A stretch of DNA of 54,630 nucleotides, counting the filler, from Sphacelaria rigidula (taxonomy: Eukaryota), in the NCBI GenBank assembly GCA_964200075.2. It is 5 parts of 5 records of this genome, joined end to end, with 100 filler letters (N's around TTAATTAATTAA, not from the genome) between each part and the next. Parts side by side here need not be neighbours in the genome. Positions count along the whole stretch, not along the records: positions 21,895 to 32,740 come from CAXNAA020005807.1; positions 32,841 to 43,685 come from CAXNAA020005808.1; 3 more parts are not named here. One strand, given 5' to 3'. Position 1 is the first letter of the stretch, and each line of letters begins with the position of its first letter. The notes below the pieces were generated by a model. That model had not been told where the DNA came from, did not search any database, and saw only the letters and a list, made by a program, of their open reading frames with translations. A program made the translations under genes and the position numbers. Of this stretch, positions 22,388 through 36,469 are shown one piece after another.

Positions 22388-25300
22388 TAGTAGAGTAGAG
22401 CAACGAAAGCTTCAGATTGCAGCATTGACGCACCCCTCTGCACCACGCTAGCAACAGTCAGGTCACCACCATAGATACACTCCGCATGTCAAGAAGGTCT
22501 CCACAAGTGTTTGACCTCTCTCTCTCACACACACACACCAACTAGCCTATGGCAGGCTCTTGTGGTCGGACACCTAGATGGTCACATATGTCATGTCGGA
22601 TAAAATCAACGATGAATAACACCCCCCGAATTCAAATTGGATCTGTTGTTATTGCCGCAGCGCACCGTCCTTATGTGTGTGACAGACAACAGTAGTAGCG
22701 GTGACGGGAACATTGCCCTGTTTTTCAACGACATGTTTTTCAGCGCACAGAGGCGCGTCCTGTCCAAAAAGAGAGGCAGAGAGAAATCGATCTTCGCATT
22801 GGTGAGCTCCACAGACAAGAAGAGACGAAATCTCTCCGCGGCTGGATGTTCTTTGGGCGGCTGTGCGCAGCAACATAATAACATGCCTATCGGCACATGA
22901 GAAATTGGGTGCATGCTGGCAACATCTATGATGCCATTCTCTCGAGCGATTGGTACTGTAATCGCCGAACGTGGACACACAAACGATACGTGTGAGGAGC
23001 TTACTGCCTGTCGTTGCTCCTCTCTCTCTGGCGATATCGTCATCGACGCGCGTGTACACCGCATTCGTTCGGTGCACCTAGCCATAACTGATTCACTGTT
23101 GCAAAGCTTTGGGGGGAAATATGGTTTCGCTCTGTGTAACTGTTTCGCGTCATTCCTGCAAAAAAGAAATGCCACTCGAACCTCATTTTTTTATCGACCC
23201 CATTTTCCAGGATCCACTGCTAACCGCTGTCGGGTGTGTTTTTGAGGATGAGTGAGACCACATTTCACGGCCGAAGATTGAGCTTGCATTTGTTTTCCAA
23301 AATATGTTCATGCTTATGAAGGCGCCCGCCATGATTTGGAAGCGACTGCGACCAAGTTGTTTGTGTGCACGGGGGGAAACCGGCGATGGTTTGTCATGGT
23401 GCTGTAATATCAATATCGTGCGTCTTGTGCCCGTAGAGCTGACCCAGTAATCATTAGTCCAACCGCAATAGAATGAGCTATCGCTGCGGGGCGATATCGG
23501 GACCCCCTTCCTTACTACTCCCTGTATACAGCGCTGCGGCATGAAACACGGACCAAGAACGACAGGGAGAAGAGCGGAGAGTTCCCAGGTGTGTATGTAA
23601 GTCATCCTCCATACGGCCGGAGAAGCGAACTACCGCTCCCTCCCTGCAATGATGAATGATGATTGACATGGCGAAGGATCTGGTGAGAGTGTATAGCACC
23701 GACTTCACTCTCTACACTTTGCGTTTCAGTACTACTCAATGTGGTGAATGAAGCGTTGCTGCGTCGTAGTGTATGGAGACAAGAAGATACTACAGCATTC
23801 TGGCGGCTGCACTGCACCGTACTGCACTGCACTGTGCCGTATTGTACTGTGCATTAGTTGTACCGCGCCTTCCTATCTATACCGTAATGTATCCCACGCG
23901 ATCTGTGCAGCTTCCCCGTCTGCTCGGGTGCTCCTAAAATAGCTGTCCCGTCCTGTATTATATTGTCTGCACTATGTGAATGTACCAACAAGCACGCATA
24001 GCACCTATTATTTCCACACATTAGTCCGCTCTCTCGAACCCGTGGTCACGGATGTAGGCTCGTCTTGTCAACACCGTCCCTGTCATTCCTTACAAGACAT
24101 AGAGTCCTCGTCATTTTTTTACTCTAGCCTAATTACAAGAACAAACGCAATAAAATAAAATATATACAAAATGAAAATAAGAAGAGAGGAGCCAACAGAA
24201 ACATGAGAAGTAGCTTCCCCGAGTTCAACGGGGTGAAAAGGAAAAAAGCCCTTCAGATCTGCTAGAAAAAGCACACTGAGAGGAAAGGGAAACAAAAGAA
24301 AAAGACAAGAAAAGGTAGATGGCACAAGGGGATTGGCATGGCCACCGAGAGAGGGACACCTCGAAATCAACCCCAGGCACTCTGATAGACAACTACCGCA
24401 GCTGTTCGGAAAGAGCGCAGATGTACTAGTGAGTGTACTCCCCGATGAACTACTAGTTACTTTTTGGAGGTCCTCGGCAGGCACTGGGGGAATTCTAGTG
24501 GTCGCACAGCAAACAATTCCTCAGCATGCCGTGCTTTCGTTTAGGTTGCCATGTACATATGAGCCCCCTCCTCTACAACTCAGGACCATTCGGATACATT
24601 TGGGGCAAACTGCGTCCACGATGTCGCATTTATACAGTGTACCTTGCTGGTTGGCCTGCCCTTGTCTTCCCTCCAACCACCACCCCACGCATGACGATGT
24701 TGGGGAGGCGTTCATCGTGCATGCGCACAACGCGACCGGCGTGTGGGAGGGTTCGCTTCATCACGGTGGCTTCAATGCACTCGCAGCTAGTTCTTTTGAG
24801 AACCTCGTCGTATGGCAGCATGTGGTAGTCAGGGGTGCTGCGGCTTGAGGTATGCTTATAGAGACACCTCAGCAGGAATCCTTGATGGATCTCTCGTAAC
24901 GCGCCGAAATTGTCGTGTGTGATTGTCCAGGTCACGCAGCCGTACAGCACTACCTCGATTACTTCAATCTTCAGGAGACGAGCCTTGGTGGCCAGGGCGA
25001 TGTACAGGTTGTCGTGTACCGTTTTGCTGCACTTGTAGAAGCACGTCCAGGCCTAGGCAATGCGACTGTGAATCTTGGGAGTGGCATCACCGATGCTGCT
25101 GATTTTTCCGCCAAGGTAGAGGAACGACTCAACCCGCTTGTATATTTGGCCCGCTGGCTCCACCTCGATGGTATTCACATCCATGTTGGGGGAGCGCATG
25201 TGCATGGTGACCGTCTTTTCCGCCACGACAGGACCGAATGCCGCACATACTTCGACGATGGCCGTCATCATCTTTGCAAGGCTTACCCGGGAACGCGAGG

Positions 25301-25705
25301 CAATGCCAGCGTCGTCGACGTATAGCATAGCCCAGAGTACTTTGCTGAGTTCGCCCCTGGTCTTCCCGTCCCTTTTAGCTATGCGAATGGAGCTCTGCGC
25401 CACCGCTTTATTATTGATCGAGAAGCGGTCAAACGTTACCGTCAGCATTGCCGCGAAAAATATGTAGAACAAACCGGGGGAAAGCACACACCCTTGGCGC
25501 AAGCCCTGGTTAAGTATAGCCACTCAGACGTCTCGTCGCTGTCCAGGCGTACGCATGCCCGCATGCCGTCGTAGAATTGGCGGATGATGGAAACTACCTT
25601 GGCAGGGATACCTCAGCGTGCTAAAACTTTCCAGAGCAGAGAGCGCTCCACTGAGTCGTATGCCTTTCGGAGGTCGATGAAGCACATGTACTGAGGAAGA
25701 TTCGT

Positions 25706-27501
25706 GGACAATATACATAAAAGGGTGACTCATTTTTCGCCTTGGGGTGTGGTGCTGCACGCGGGCTGAATACCTCGAAAAACACGTTCCAGCGCCTCAG
25801 CCTCACCCCCAAGGTATCTGGGCAGCATGCCCGACCATTTGTTTCATTTTCATAAGTGTTCCTAGGCTGAACTACGGCGCCGAAAATGAGAGCCTGTGAG
25901 TGTACCCTTTTTTGAGAGAAAGAAGGAGGGTACACCCTGCCTTCTGCTCGAAAATAATATATTGCCCTTTTTTTTTTTCACCTGTTGACCCTTTTTTGTG
26001 GAGTGGTGACCGTACAGCCGGCTCAGTAAAAGATACGCCGAGCAGTCAAACCCATGGGCATTTTGGTTTAATCACCCTCCCACCAAAAAAAGCCGAAACC
26101 CAGCGACCAAGAAAGTGTAGCCCCCTGCTATAGTTGGCCCGAGGATCCGAAAGATCCAACAGCGTTTGTGTGCCGGAGCTCAAAAAGATCCGGTCGGTGT
26201 CTATCCTTGTTTCCGAGCCGCAAATCGCAGATCCCGCAACAGTCTGACGTTGTCACCACGTAAAGCCGTGCGGGCGTGTGTGTCGGCAAAATATTTACAT
26301 TTGTTCGTTGAATCTTTGTAAGCTTCGGCACACAAGCGCCCTGTATGCATCATTGGATCCTCCGGGTCCTCGGGTCAACTATAGCTTGGTCGTTGGGTTT
26401 CGGCCTTTTTGGCGGGAGGGTGATATAGCCGAAATTGCTATGGTTTTGACTGCTCGGCGTATCTTCTGCTGAGCCGGCTGTACGGTCACCACTTCACAAA
26501 AACGGGTCAACAGGTGAACAAAAAAGGGCAAGAGATAATTTTCGAGCAGAAGGCAGGGTGTCGGATAGCGGATCGGAGGAAGAACGCCTGGATCAAATGG
26601 CATAGACTGTACAATCAAATGCCCTCCTCTAATCCTCGTTGTTGCACTCATGTTCATTTTAGACCAGCACAACGACCTGGGCCAGCCTAGAAGCGGGCTT
26701 GTAGTTTGTAGGCCCATTCTCACCTTATTTTTTCAAGTTGGACCCTAAAATCTGGTATTGACAATGAATAGGGCACAATCGAAAACATATTTATAGACCC
26801 AAAGATTTGTTTTTTCTTCATGAGTTGAAGGCCATTGTCATTATTCAGGTTTCACTGTTCGATGAAATGCCGTTAAATTGTACATCGATTATACAGTTTA
26901 CGTCATCCGGTTCAGGCGTTCTTCCTCCGATCCGCAATCCGGTTGGTGCCTATCCTTTTTTCCGAGCCGCAAATCGCAGATCCCGCTAAAGTCTGACATT
27001 TTCACCATGTGACATCATGCGGGCGTGTGTGTAATGCGTGATAGGACCGCGCGCTTCGAGGACCGCGCCGTAGTACAAAATACCTCAGGATCGACGTTTT
27101 TCAAAACCGATCGGGTCAGTCCCAGCAGGTACGACGCCCCTGACCCTAACCCCAACACTAACCCTAACCCCAACCCTAACCATAGGGGTGTTGAACTTCC
27201 GATGCGGTCCTCTAATCACGCGGTCCTCTCACGCATTACAGCGTGTGTCCCTGATTTGTTCACAAAAAAGGGTACACTCACAGGCTCTCATTTTCGGCGT
27301 CATAGTTCAGCCTAGGAACACTTATGAAAATGAAACAAGGGGTCGGGCATGCTGCCCAGACACCTTGGTCGTGGGGCTGAGGCGCTGGAACGTGCTGTCG
27401 AGGTGCTCAGCCCGCGTGCAGCGCCGCACCCCAAAGTGAAAAATGCGTTACCCCTTTTAGTTCCAAAAGCACCAGGGTGTACCCTTTTATGTGTATCGTC
27501 C
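25706..27501. mobile_element. Non-autonomous Mutator-like (MULE) element
   Basis: TIRs of ~210-245 bp starting GGAC(A/G)ATA. 9-bp TSD AAGATTCGT/AAGACTCTT (7/9). Removing the element rejoins the LINE RT frame (ELAREK-NLPQYMCFID). Confidence 0.85.
27030..27240. mobile_element. 211-bp MITE carrying (CCCTAA)n telomere-type repeats
   Basis: TIR TGTAATGCGTGA.AGGACCGCG.GCTT.GAGGACCGC. CCCTAA-like tract at 27144-27181. GCGTGTG is duplicated on both flanks. Confidence 0.8.
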
Positions 27502-30500
27502 AAGACTCTTCTCTCTGGCCAGTTCTTGGAGCCTGCGCACAACGAACATCATGTCGACTGTGGACTGGCCAGGTCGGAAAACGCATTGTGCTTCTGGTAG
27601 GATTCCTTTTCACTCGCAGTAAGCGCTGAGGTGAACTATCTTCAGTACCACCTTGCCCACGTGGGACCCGAGAAAGATACCGCAGTAGTTGCCGCATTCG
27701 TGCGGGTCCTGTTTCTTGAAAAGCTTCTTAATGATGACCTATTTCCACTTTTGCGGCACTACTTCCTGACGCCACACGGTGAGCACGATGTTGTGGAGGC
27801 ACTGCATGATGGCAGAGTCTTCGGTGCGGTCGAGCTTCAATAGTTCGCCACATATATTGTCTGTCGCAACGGCCTTACCGTTCGCCAGCTCGCTCACCAC
27901 GTCCTTCACTTCTACCATCGAGGGCCCCGCCGCGAGCGGTGCATGCTCCGGCACATGTTCGATGAGATCGATGACAGAGTGGTCGGTCGTAGGCGAGGCT
28001 GCGTTCTGCAGTGTTTCGAACCCTTCCTTCCATCGTTGCAAGATAGCTTGCTTGTCCCGCAACAGCTCGCCACTTGCTCTCCTGATGTATGTTGAGTCGC
28101 TCTGCTTCTTCCCTCCCAGTTCCAAGGAATTGATATGCTGGTACAGGCCTGTTTGATCTTTCTTGCGAATAAACTCCGCGGTCCGGACGGTGAACTCGTG
28201 AACGAAGTTCTGCAGTTCAGCATCCTTCACTCGCTTGAACGCTTTGTCCGTCACTTTCAGTGCCCTCTTTAGGACAGCGTCTTTCGGGTTTGCTCGCAGT
28301 TTCTTATATACAGTTTCTATGAGATCCCACGCCTTTTGGAGGCGATCCTGAGCTTGAGTTGATCCACTGAAACCTCTAGATGGGATTTTCTTCGGGCATC
28401 GAGGGAGTGTATCCGCGGCCGTCTGTCGAAGGGCGTTGGCGAACGTAGATGACATGTCGTTGACGTCCATTATTGCGGGGGGAATGGTGGCATGCAGGAG
28501 CTCAGCGATAATGGCCCGTGAAACAGTCGCTCTCCAGCGTCGGGCGGATGCGAGGGCGTTGCGATCGAAAGGCACTCCCCTATCCCTGCCTTTCGGTTTC
28601 GGTTCGCGGTTGGGAGCGTTCCGTCGGAGGAGGTGGATCATGGCTGAGACCAGGCGAAGGTCCGGCTTCATCTCGGGGTGCACAGTGACACTTCGGACGA
28701 GCCTGCGGTCTTCCTGACGTACCAGGATGTAGTCCTGGCGCCAGCAGTGTTCGACCTCCGGCCCCGCATGTGTGTATGCGGTCGAGCTTTCCCGCACATT
28801 TGTGTGTGAAAAACTGTGTTGGTAATGGCCATTTTTTGTTCCGCAGCGCATTTCAGTAGGCGTCTACCGGTATCATGCCGGGTGTCTCTGCCATATTCTC
28901 CCACTACTCGAACGTCACCCATGCCTCCTCCTTCTCTCTTTCAGGTACGAGCATTCGTATCCATCATGAGTACTAGGTACTCGTTGGTGGACACTTCAGC
29001 GATGAAACTACTGAGGATTTTCCACAATTTGATCGTTTCAGAACCTTGTGCTGTTTTAGTAGGAGTATACCCTACGATGAAGGTTGTTGCAACTCTATGC
29101 CTCAAAGCAACTCGTACCTTGAGGATCCTGGCACTCACGTGCTCGGGGGCGATGACTTCTGGGCCCAGCGTGCTGGTGATAGACTCCGTAATGGTGAGGC
29201 CGACTTCGAGAATTCCCGGTTTTACCCCATCTCCACGGCAGTGGCCGCTGCAGTGAACGATGAATCCTGCTGCCGGTGCGTGGAAGGTTGTTCGTCCATC
29301 GCACCGGGTTTCTTGAAGGGCGATGAAATCACTGTCGTATTTGGACGCAAAATGCAGGAGGTCCTCGGCGTGGTCTGTGCCGTTGAAATCTCCCTCGGCC
29401 ATGGTGCGTACATTCCAAATGGCCATTACCAGCTCTTTGGATCGAGGCTCCGCCCTGGCGGTGGTGTGACGGGCGCGAGCCTGAGCCCTGGCTGCTCGCC
29501 GGGCTGGTCTTTCCCTCCTCATCTCCCTTTTATTTGTTGGGTCCCTTTCCTGTTGGCATTTGATCACATGTTTGTGGGCCACTCTCTGTTTCCACGCACT
29601 CTTCTGCCTCCACTGGTTCATGCCTCTTTGTTCCTGCGCAGGGTCTAGCGGGCCCCGCGCACATCAACCTCCACCAAGTCGAGCTTTGTGCTTACACGCA
29701 CGCCGCTGTGTGCTCAGAGCTACGGGAACGATGCTTTCGGCGGTAGCGATGATTGATAGGACTAGCGGCTTCCGCCGGCAGGAGTAGGGCGTGTTCCGAT
29801 ATCATCGCCATGTAACAGCAACCATACGGGTGTTAACCGCCGTATGGTTCAATTAGTAATGCCAGCGCAATGGTCATTCAATCCCACACCACTGTTATGG
29901 GTGGAACTGGGGGGGGCGATTTTGGGTACTATATTTCGGGAAAATGGATCACGAACGCTATATGCGTAAGAACTGGACCGTAATCAGACGAATCATATCA
30001 ATCGAAAATACATGCGTCACCTAGAAACAACGACCTGGCTCATATGAAATGCACTATAAACATGGTACATACCTTCAAGCTTGTGAGTGCTCGGTGTTGA
30101 GATGATTTTGTTCCTCCGCATAACTCGCTCCAGATCAGTGGGTGCGAACTCTTGGTGCACTAGTGTTCACCTGCTGTACTACTCGGGAAGCGTACGCGCC
30201 CGAGTTGCCACCCCACGTTTGCTACCATTGCGAATATAACAAGACAAGAAGACGAACGGCGGCAGTGTGGCCGCCACACACCAACGCATCTGCAGTGAAA
30301 GGCGTGCCTGACAACGTGCTAAAACGAGAGAGTACGGAAAATTTGGATACCATGAGCAGCAGCGTCGCGCATCCCTTGGGTTCTCTCTCGCAAACGTCTG
30401 TCACAAGACGGCCGTGTTTCATCGGTGAACTCGTTCCCTACAAGCCAAGGGGTGAAATGCCATTCGCTCATGATGAGTGAGGTTGTCCTTTGTACACATC

Positions 30501-31849
30501 CCCACAGAACAGAGCAGCATATTATGGCGGACCGCCACCAAAGCAAATCTCGTGACATTGGTGCCAAAAAATAGCATCTGGTCAAAGATGCAAGTTTGTG
30601 TAAATCGCATGGTTTGCATATTATTTTCAGTATGTACAGGCAGTCAGTTGGAATATGGTGGCTCTGCTGACCTGTTCATATATATAGTCAGCATGTAGTC
30701 TAAAATAAAAATCGCTCTTGGCGCCCTGGTTTCTCCGCTGGAACCCTCAGATCCAACAGTCGAAGTTCATGTGTTCCGTCGCCCTCTGCGACTCAATACA
30801 TGAAGAATACTCGCTGTTGAAAGGCTAATTTGCTCATTGTGCATAGCCGTACAAAACGAAGCAGCACCTTGCGGAAAGCCACAAAGTGAAACACCGTCAC
30901 ACACTGCTCGCTGGGAGAAAAAAATATGCAGCCCAAAACGAAGCTGTCGACCGTCGCATAGTTTGCATCTTACTCTTATATTAGTATATATAAACAGACA
31001 ATTACCAAGTACATGATCACAACAGTCGCTAGCAGATGTAAGGCAGTGCAAGTACTACAATCGCTCCAGACGTCTCGGCTTCTGCACTGGAGTTCTGACA
31101 CGAAGCAGCCGCTAGCTTTGTCTTTCTTCTGTGAACTCCCCCTCTGAAGTTCGACACTTGAAGGGATACTCGTTGTTGAAAGGCGAAATTGCCTGTTGTG
31201 CACAGCCGCACAGAACTAAGCAGCAGCGCCTGCCGACACGCAACCAAACTGCATGTCGTGAAAACTTGCGGCGAGAAAAAACAACATGCGCACCGTTTTT
31301 TTGAATTTGCGATGTTGGACCTCTGTTACAATAGAGCTAGACACTGATCCTCAACCCAAAAGTGCCGATCGCGCAACGCGTAGAACTCGGTGACGAAGCA
31401 GAGGATTGGACTGCCGTTTCTTGCGTGCGCTTCCCACACACCCAAGCTAGGTCAAACTAATTCACTTTTTTGTTTGAGCGTAATACTGAGCCGCAACAAA
31501 CCCAAACGTACAAAAATGAGGTGTTTTGCGCTCTGGGAGGGGGTTTTCTCGCTGCTGGCGCGACGCCAGGAAAATGTGAAATGGATTCTCCAAGATCTTG
31601 TGTGTATGCGGGGGGATGTGAAATGTCGTAGGCTGGCTTGCTTCCTGTGTCGAGAACCGCGCGATCTCCCGTGCTAAAGATGTCCCATAGTAAATCAACT
31701 TTATTAGTGATGAAGAGTGCGTTCTGCTCGAGAGGGCCTCGGCACAGGTGCGACCACCTACTGATGTGTTCATTATTCCTCCGCACTTGTGTTCTTTTTT
31801 AGTTTACCGCTGATTTTTGGTCGTTAGGCTCTCTAGTCCCACCCATAAC

Positions 31850-32246
31850 TGTGGTGCGGAGCAGTTAAACAGTAGGAGGGGGTTACTCTCCGCACAAGCC
31901 GAGTGTTGTACTCTTCCGGGGGGTTGATGTCCTAGCTGGCCTGAACCCGGTCTCGGTAGTTCGGATATACGCCCGGGGGAGAGTATCGACTGCATCACGG
32001 GTAATAAACACCGTACAGCTTGCGCGTGCGGGTGACTTCGACAGTGGGAGTCACCCAGCTCCCGCACGGACGTGGTATGGAGTTGAAAGAAGGTGTCACT
32101 GATTCTCCGTACTAGCCATGATGCCGTGTCTTTCCTTGGGCAACTGCTGTCAGCCGGCTCAACCGACCCCAGAGCTCGAGGTTTAGGACGGGGGGAAGCA
32201 CCGTACAGTACAATTACTGTTTTATACCCGGGTGCTCGGGACAACA
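31850..32246 (+). mobile_element. Possible solo LTR
   Basis: TGTGG...CAACA termini, an internal AATAAA, and an imperfect TAAC/TACC flank duplication. Confidence 0.3.
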
Positions 32247-32740
32247 TACCTTGCCCGAAGATATTCTATTTCTCAGGTTGCCGTATCGTAACGAACGTAT
32301 TCATCTCTTGACTGTCGCGATGACCGATGCAAACATCGATTTCTTTCTGCCTCTCTTTTGGACAGGGCGCGCCTCTGTGCGCTACATATCACGTCGTCGA
32401 AAAACCGGGCGATGATCCTGTCACCTCTATGCCGCTGTCATACTCTCCGAGTACACACGAGAAATGACCGTTGCACAAAGATCCAATCGCGTGAGGGCGT
32501 GTTATCGTAAGTTTGGTCGCAGGCTTGATACAACGGCAGTCGTACACATTCGGGTTGGGAAAGTGCAGTGGAGAGCCTACGACCTTTCTTGGCATGCAGA
32601 GTGAAGCAAGGTACCTCTGGCGGGGACATAGCTACTGCTGGCGTGGCCCACATGGGGGCTGGCATACTGTAACCAAAACTTCAGACACACTCGGGACGTA
32701 CAAGCTGCGGCAGCGGTTCGAAATGTTGTAACTCGCTGAC

Positions 32741-32840
32741 NNNNNNNNNNNNNNNNNNNNNNNNNNNNNNNNNNNNNNNNNNNNTTAATTAATTAANNNN
32801 NNNNNNNNNNNNNNNNNNNNNNNNNNNNNNNNNNNNNNNN
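32741..32840. other. Artificial contig linker
   Basis: 44 N + TTAATTAATTAA + 44 N. Confidence 0.97.
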
Positions 32841-33569
32841 CGTTCCTACTCCTAATAGAGGCACCTCCAACATTCTGGCGCTCATTACGTTCCTTCCTTG
32901 GGGGGGGTGGGGGGGGTACTCATGATCCTGCATGCAATGTCATGAGACCGTTGACCCCGCATCCCTACCAAAGTCAGGACGGAGCACGCCGGGTTTTCGG
33001 CGGACCAAGCTTGCAATCAATCACCAAGCGCGAAGCGCCGTGCTTTTTTCGGCGAGTCGCATCAAAGGTGAGCTGCATCCTGCTAATTGTTCGGCCCGAA
33101 GCCTATTGATCATCTTGTAGTTTGATGACAGCCGTCAATGAGTTGCTTCATTTAATGTTATCGCCACTTCCAGAGACAGCCACGGCTTTTACACTGCCTC
33201 ATGGATGTCTCACCATTTTACCACTACGTAGTACGATCATCCTCTTCGTGTGGAGTTGAGGTTCTGCCACGTCGCACATTTCATCTAGCTCGACTACCAT
33301 CATGGTCACCGCAAAAAAAACGAAAGCGCGCGAAAACAAATCCGTAACCTGGTTGCCTAGCTTATGCATTGAGTGGCGTGTTTTATAGCGTCATCGCCAA
33401 CCGACGCCAACCCCATCGTGCTGGGGGGGGAGGGGTACTCATCAGTTGCTTGCTTTAGTCATTTGACCAGTGACCACGCATACCTTTCGAAACGGGGCAA
33501 CCGTCTTGCTGGGGGGGAAACCTTTAGCGGAATGGAACACGATGAAATAGGTATGCGACCTGTACGCAC

Positions 33570-33698
33570 CTGGTGGGTGTGATGACCATAACGCGGGTAA
33601 CGGGGACTTTCTTGGGTCTGTACAGCAGGCGCTCGAGGATGGGCAACATGAAGGCGGCCGTCTTACCACTTCCCGTCGTGGCACTTGCGCAAACATCC
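33570..33698 (-). CDS. DDX27: DEAD-box RNA helicase DRS1/DDX27-like, exon with motifs I and Ia
   Basis: TACAG acceptor, then [42 protein letters not shown], then GTGCGT donor. Phase matches the upstream exon. Confidence 0.9.
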
Positions 33699-35824
33699 CT
33701 GTACAAATTTATCAATACGTAGCAATATGATATGTGCCGAGATTCCAGTGTCATTATTCATGCATACTCGCAGTGATTCATTGTCATCATTCAACTAATA
33801 TAAACGCAGCTGTGTATTGCCAAAGCTGGACACGATTATGTCACAATACTTTTGACCTATTACGGCCTAACGTTTCACGTCATGAACAAAAATAGTGACA
33901 AGACCCCTGCTGAAGTGCTGCTCAGATGCGGTCTTTTCGTAACCTTCTCGGGCGCCTGGACCTTTCTCCGAAAAACACTATCGGCCGAAGGCCGTAAACC
34001 CCGACGCCATACATAACTTCGCACCTCCTCGCTCCTCGCGCCCCTCGCCCCCCAAATGACGACACATACCGAGCAATCTACCACTGCGTCCTGGTGGTCC
34101 AAAATAAAAAATGGTTTGACTGAAACCAGTTTCGGCGGAAAATTAAGGGCTCGACTTCTGGCTCATGGAGTGGATTTTTTTTTTTCACACTTATTTCGTG
34201 ATCACGCCTTGGTCCCTCGGACATGAGTGACTGTGTGATAATCAATCAAGTCGGGTCAAGCCATCTCATTTATGATCTTCGTCTTGAGAACCCAAGGGTG
34301 TACGTGATTTGGCGACAGCCGAAGCGGAGTGGGGTTGGTGATCCCATCCGCGATGTTGTGTGATTGCACATCAGACAGCTCATGAGCTACCTCAAAAAGC
34401 AGGTAATCGAAGGGGACTCTGAGGTCCATGTCCAAGAACACAAGATAGATACGAGACAGGGGGGTCCGAGAAGCCAAGCCGCGACCTTTGCGCTACTTCG
34501 CGTGCTCGACATCCACCGCTGTAGGGAAGAAATATGAAAAAAACGGCCAAATGACCTAGCTCAAGATGCCGATCAGCACATTTCCAACGATCAAAACTTA
34601 GGTAGATAATGAAATGTCCGTCCTGTGCAATGTGTGTACCAAAATGTAAGGCGTATACCAGGAAAGAGATGGATGAACCTCTCTAGACCACGATTTCATT
34701 CCGACGGAGGGGAGGGGTTGGAGGTGTGACGAAACAACAAACATCCCCCGCTTTGCTCAACCTCAGACTCACGTACATTGTCTGGCCTCTGCAGTAATTG
34801 CTTTCAACGTACATCAAGTTGTTTTTGTTCGTTTGTTTCTCCTCATCTCTTCTCCGTCTACAAGACTGTTCATCCCGTGTCATTCTCTTGTCTTCTGCGA
34901 GTATTTCCAAGAACTTTTCACCTCGGGTACGTGCATCACGGAACCACAGCTAGATACCTGGGGGAACAATTGAAGTGTGACGATCAATCAACCAATCTAG
35001 TGGCTCCTCTAGGGTACACATGACGAGACTGTCCCTACAGGGGTTTACCTTCAGGTGTCACCTGAGTAGGCTCAGATTCGCCGCGCGCGAATGTGACCCC
35101 TGAAAGAATCTTCCGCTTACTGCAATGTACCGGACTACGCACGGTACATTTATCCTTTCTCGTACAAAAACTCTCTTTGTTTTGTTTTCACGTTTCAAAT
35201 ACGTGTGAGGTTGCCCTTCCTCTACACCAGTCCGCGGTGTCGAGAGATCGACCGAGCTATCCACCACCATGCCTTCAATTTTCGGCATGGTATCGCGGAT
35301 TAGATCAGCACTGCCGTACCGCGTCGGCCCCTCGGACCCGCCGTAACCCTTCAGTACTGCGGATTCGGGAAAGAAATAAAAATAATGTTCGGGTTTGCCG
35401 CCTCACAGCAAGCCTACACCGATGATTTTGTTGGAAAAGTCGCAACTGCTATATCTCCGAACTGGCCGCGAGTCAGCGAAATCCCAGTGCGGGTTTCGAG
35501 CCTAACACACCGCGTGTTCTGCAGAGCTATAGGCAAGAGAGTTGATAACAGCTTCCCCAACTCGTTTGTGTATCTGGGCAAACGCCTCCCACAAGGGTTG
35601 AAATATGATATCTTTGATCGCCTGTCTGAAAAGGATATTGATATGATCATAAAAATAACATATATTATCCTTACTGCAAAAGCGAAAGGTCCAGCCTTCT
35701 GCTGAAGAGGTATACGTTTTTTTTACCAACCCGCGGATCTATTCACCAAAATACGACATCTCCGATCGCGGGCCCGAGAAAAAGGAATAACAGGAGGATA
35801 CAATATCGACAGAAGTCGTCCTAC

Positions 35825-36147
35825 CTTCCTGCCAGGGCAAAAGGAACAGCCTTCTGCTGAATAGGGGTAGGGTTCACGAATCCCATGGCCTCCACGGCTC
35901 GCAAGAGCGGTCTAGACAGATTCAGCTGCTGGAAAGGTACCCCCGTGGTCGCTGTAACATCCCCCCCAGCCCCACCAGCGGGCGTCCCATCCCCGTCGCC
36001 GTCCTCGAAAAATTCCGCCGCTTTCCGCGCCTCTACTTTGTCTTCGTCGGTTTCATCGTCATCGTCATCGTCGCCGTCCTCATGGTCATCTTCCACTTGC
36101 GGACCGGTATTCTTTCCGCCGCGTTTTGATGCCTGTTCGCGTTTGTG
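35825..36147 (-). CDS. DDX27: DDX27-like exon with acidic linker and Q motif
   Basis: [37 protein letters not shown], bounded by AG and GT. Confidence 0.88.
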
Positions 36148-36469
36148 CTGAATGTTTTGCGTGTTGAGGGGTGGTGGGCAGCGATTGTCATTACGAACTG
36201 TACAGTGTAGATCACGAAATAACAGCAGCAACATGCACGCTTCGCCTGTGGACAGAGATACGTGCGTTCTGTTTGATGAGAGACTTGTGGTGTGAAGCAG
36301 CAAAAAAATCAACGACAATCCCGTACATGAAAGTACGGAGCCTTCACTAACAGAACACGGAAATAAAGAATCCAACCCCGAACATACTTTTTGGAGAATA
36401 TAATAAGTGTGGCCCCCCAACCTACTCTTGTGAGAGCAACTCAACATTTTACTTTCAGAGAAAGTTTCG

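Larger units (their letters stand above)
24000..29800 (-). mobile_element. RTE-clade LINE retrotransposon, near full length, inactivated
   Basis: AP endonuclease (IWNVRTM, FIALQETR, VGYTPT, DYILVR) at 28700-29430. RT motifs ([48 protein letters not shown]). RTE-type C-terminus (LYGCVTW, AGRVVRMHDERLP). Several stops and frameshifts. Split by the 25706-27501 insertion. Confidence 0.92.

Noticed and set aside
29620..29820. HDV-like ribozyme in the RTE 5' UTR
   Set aside because: Such ribozymes are known in some RTE elements, but I could not identify the nested pseudoknot pairings by eye.
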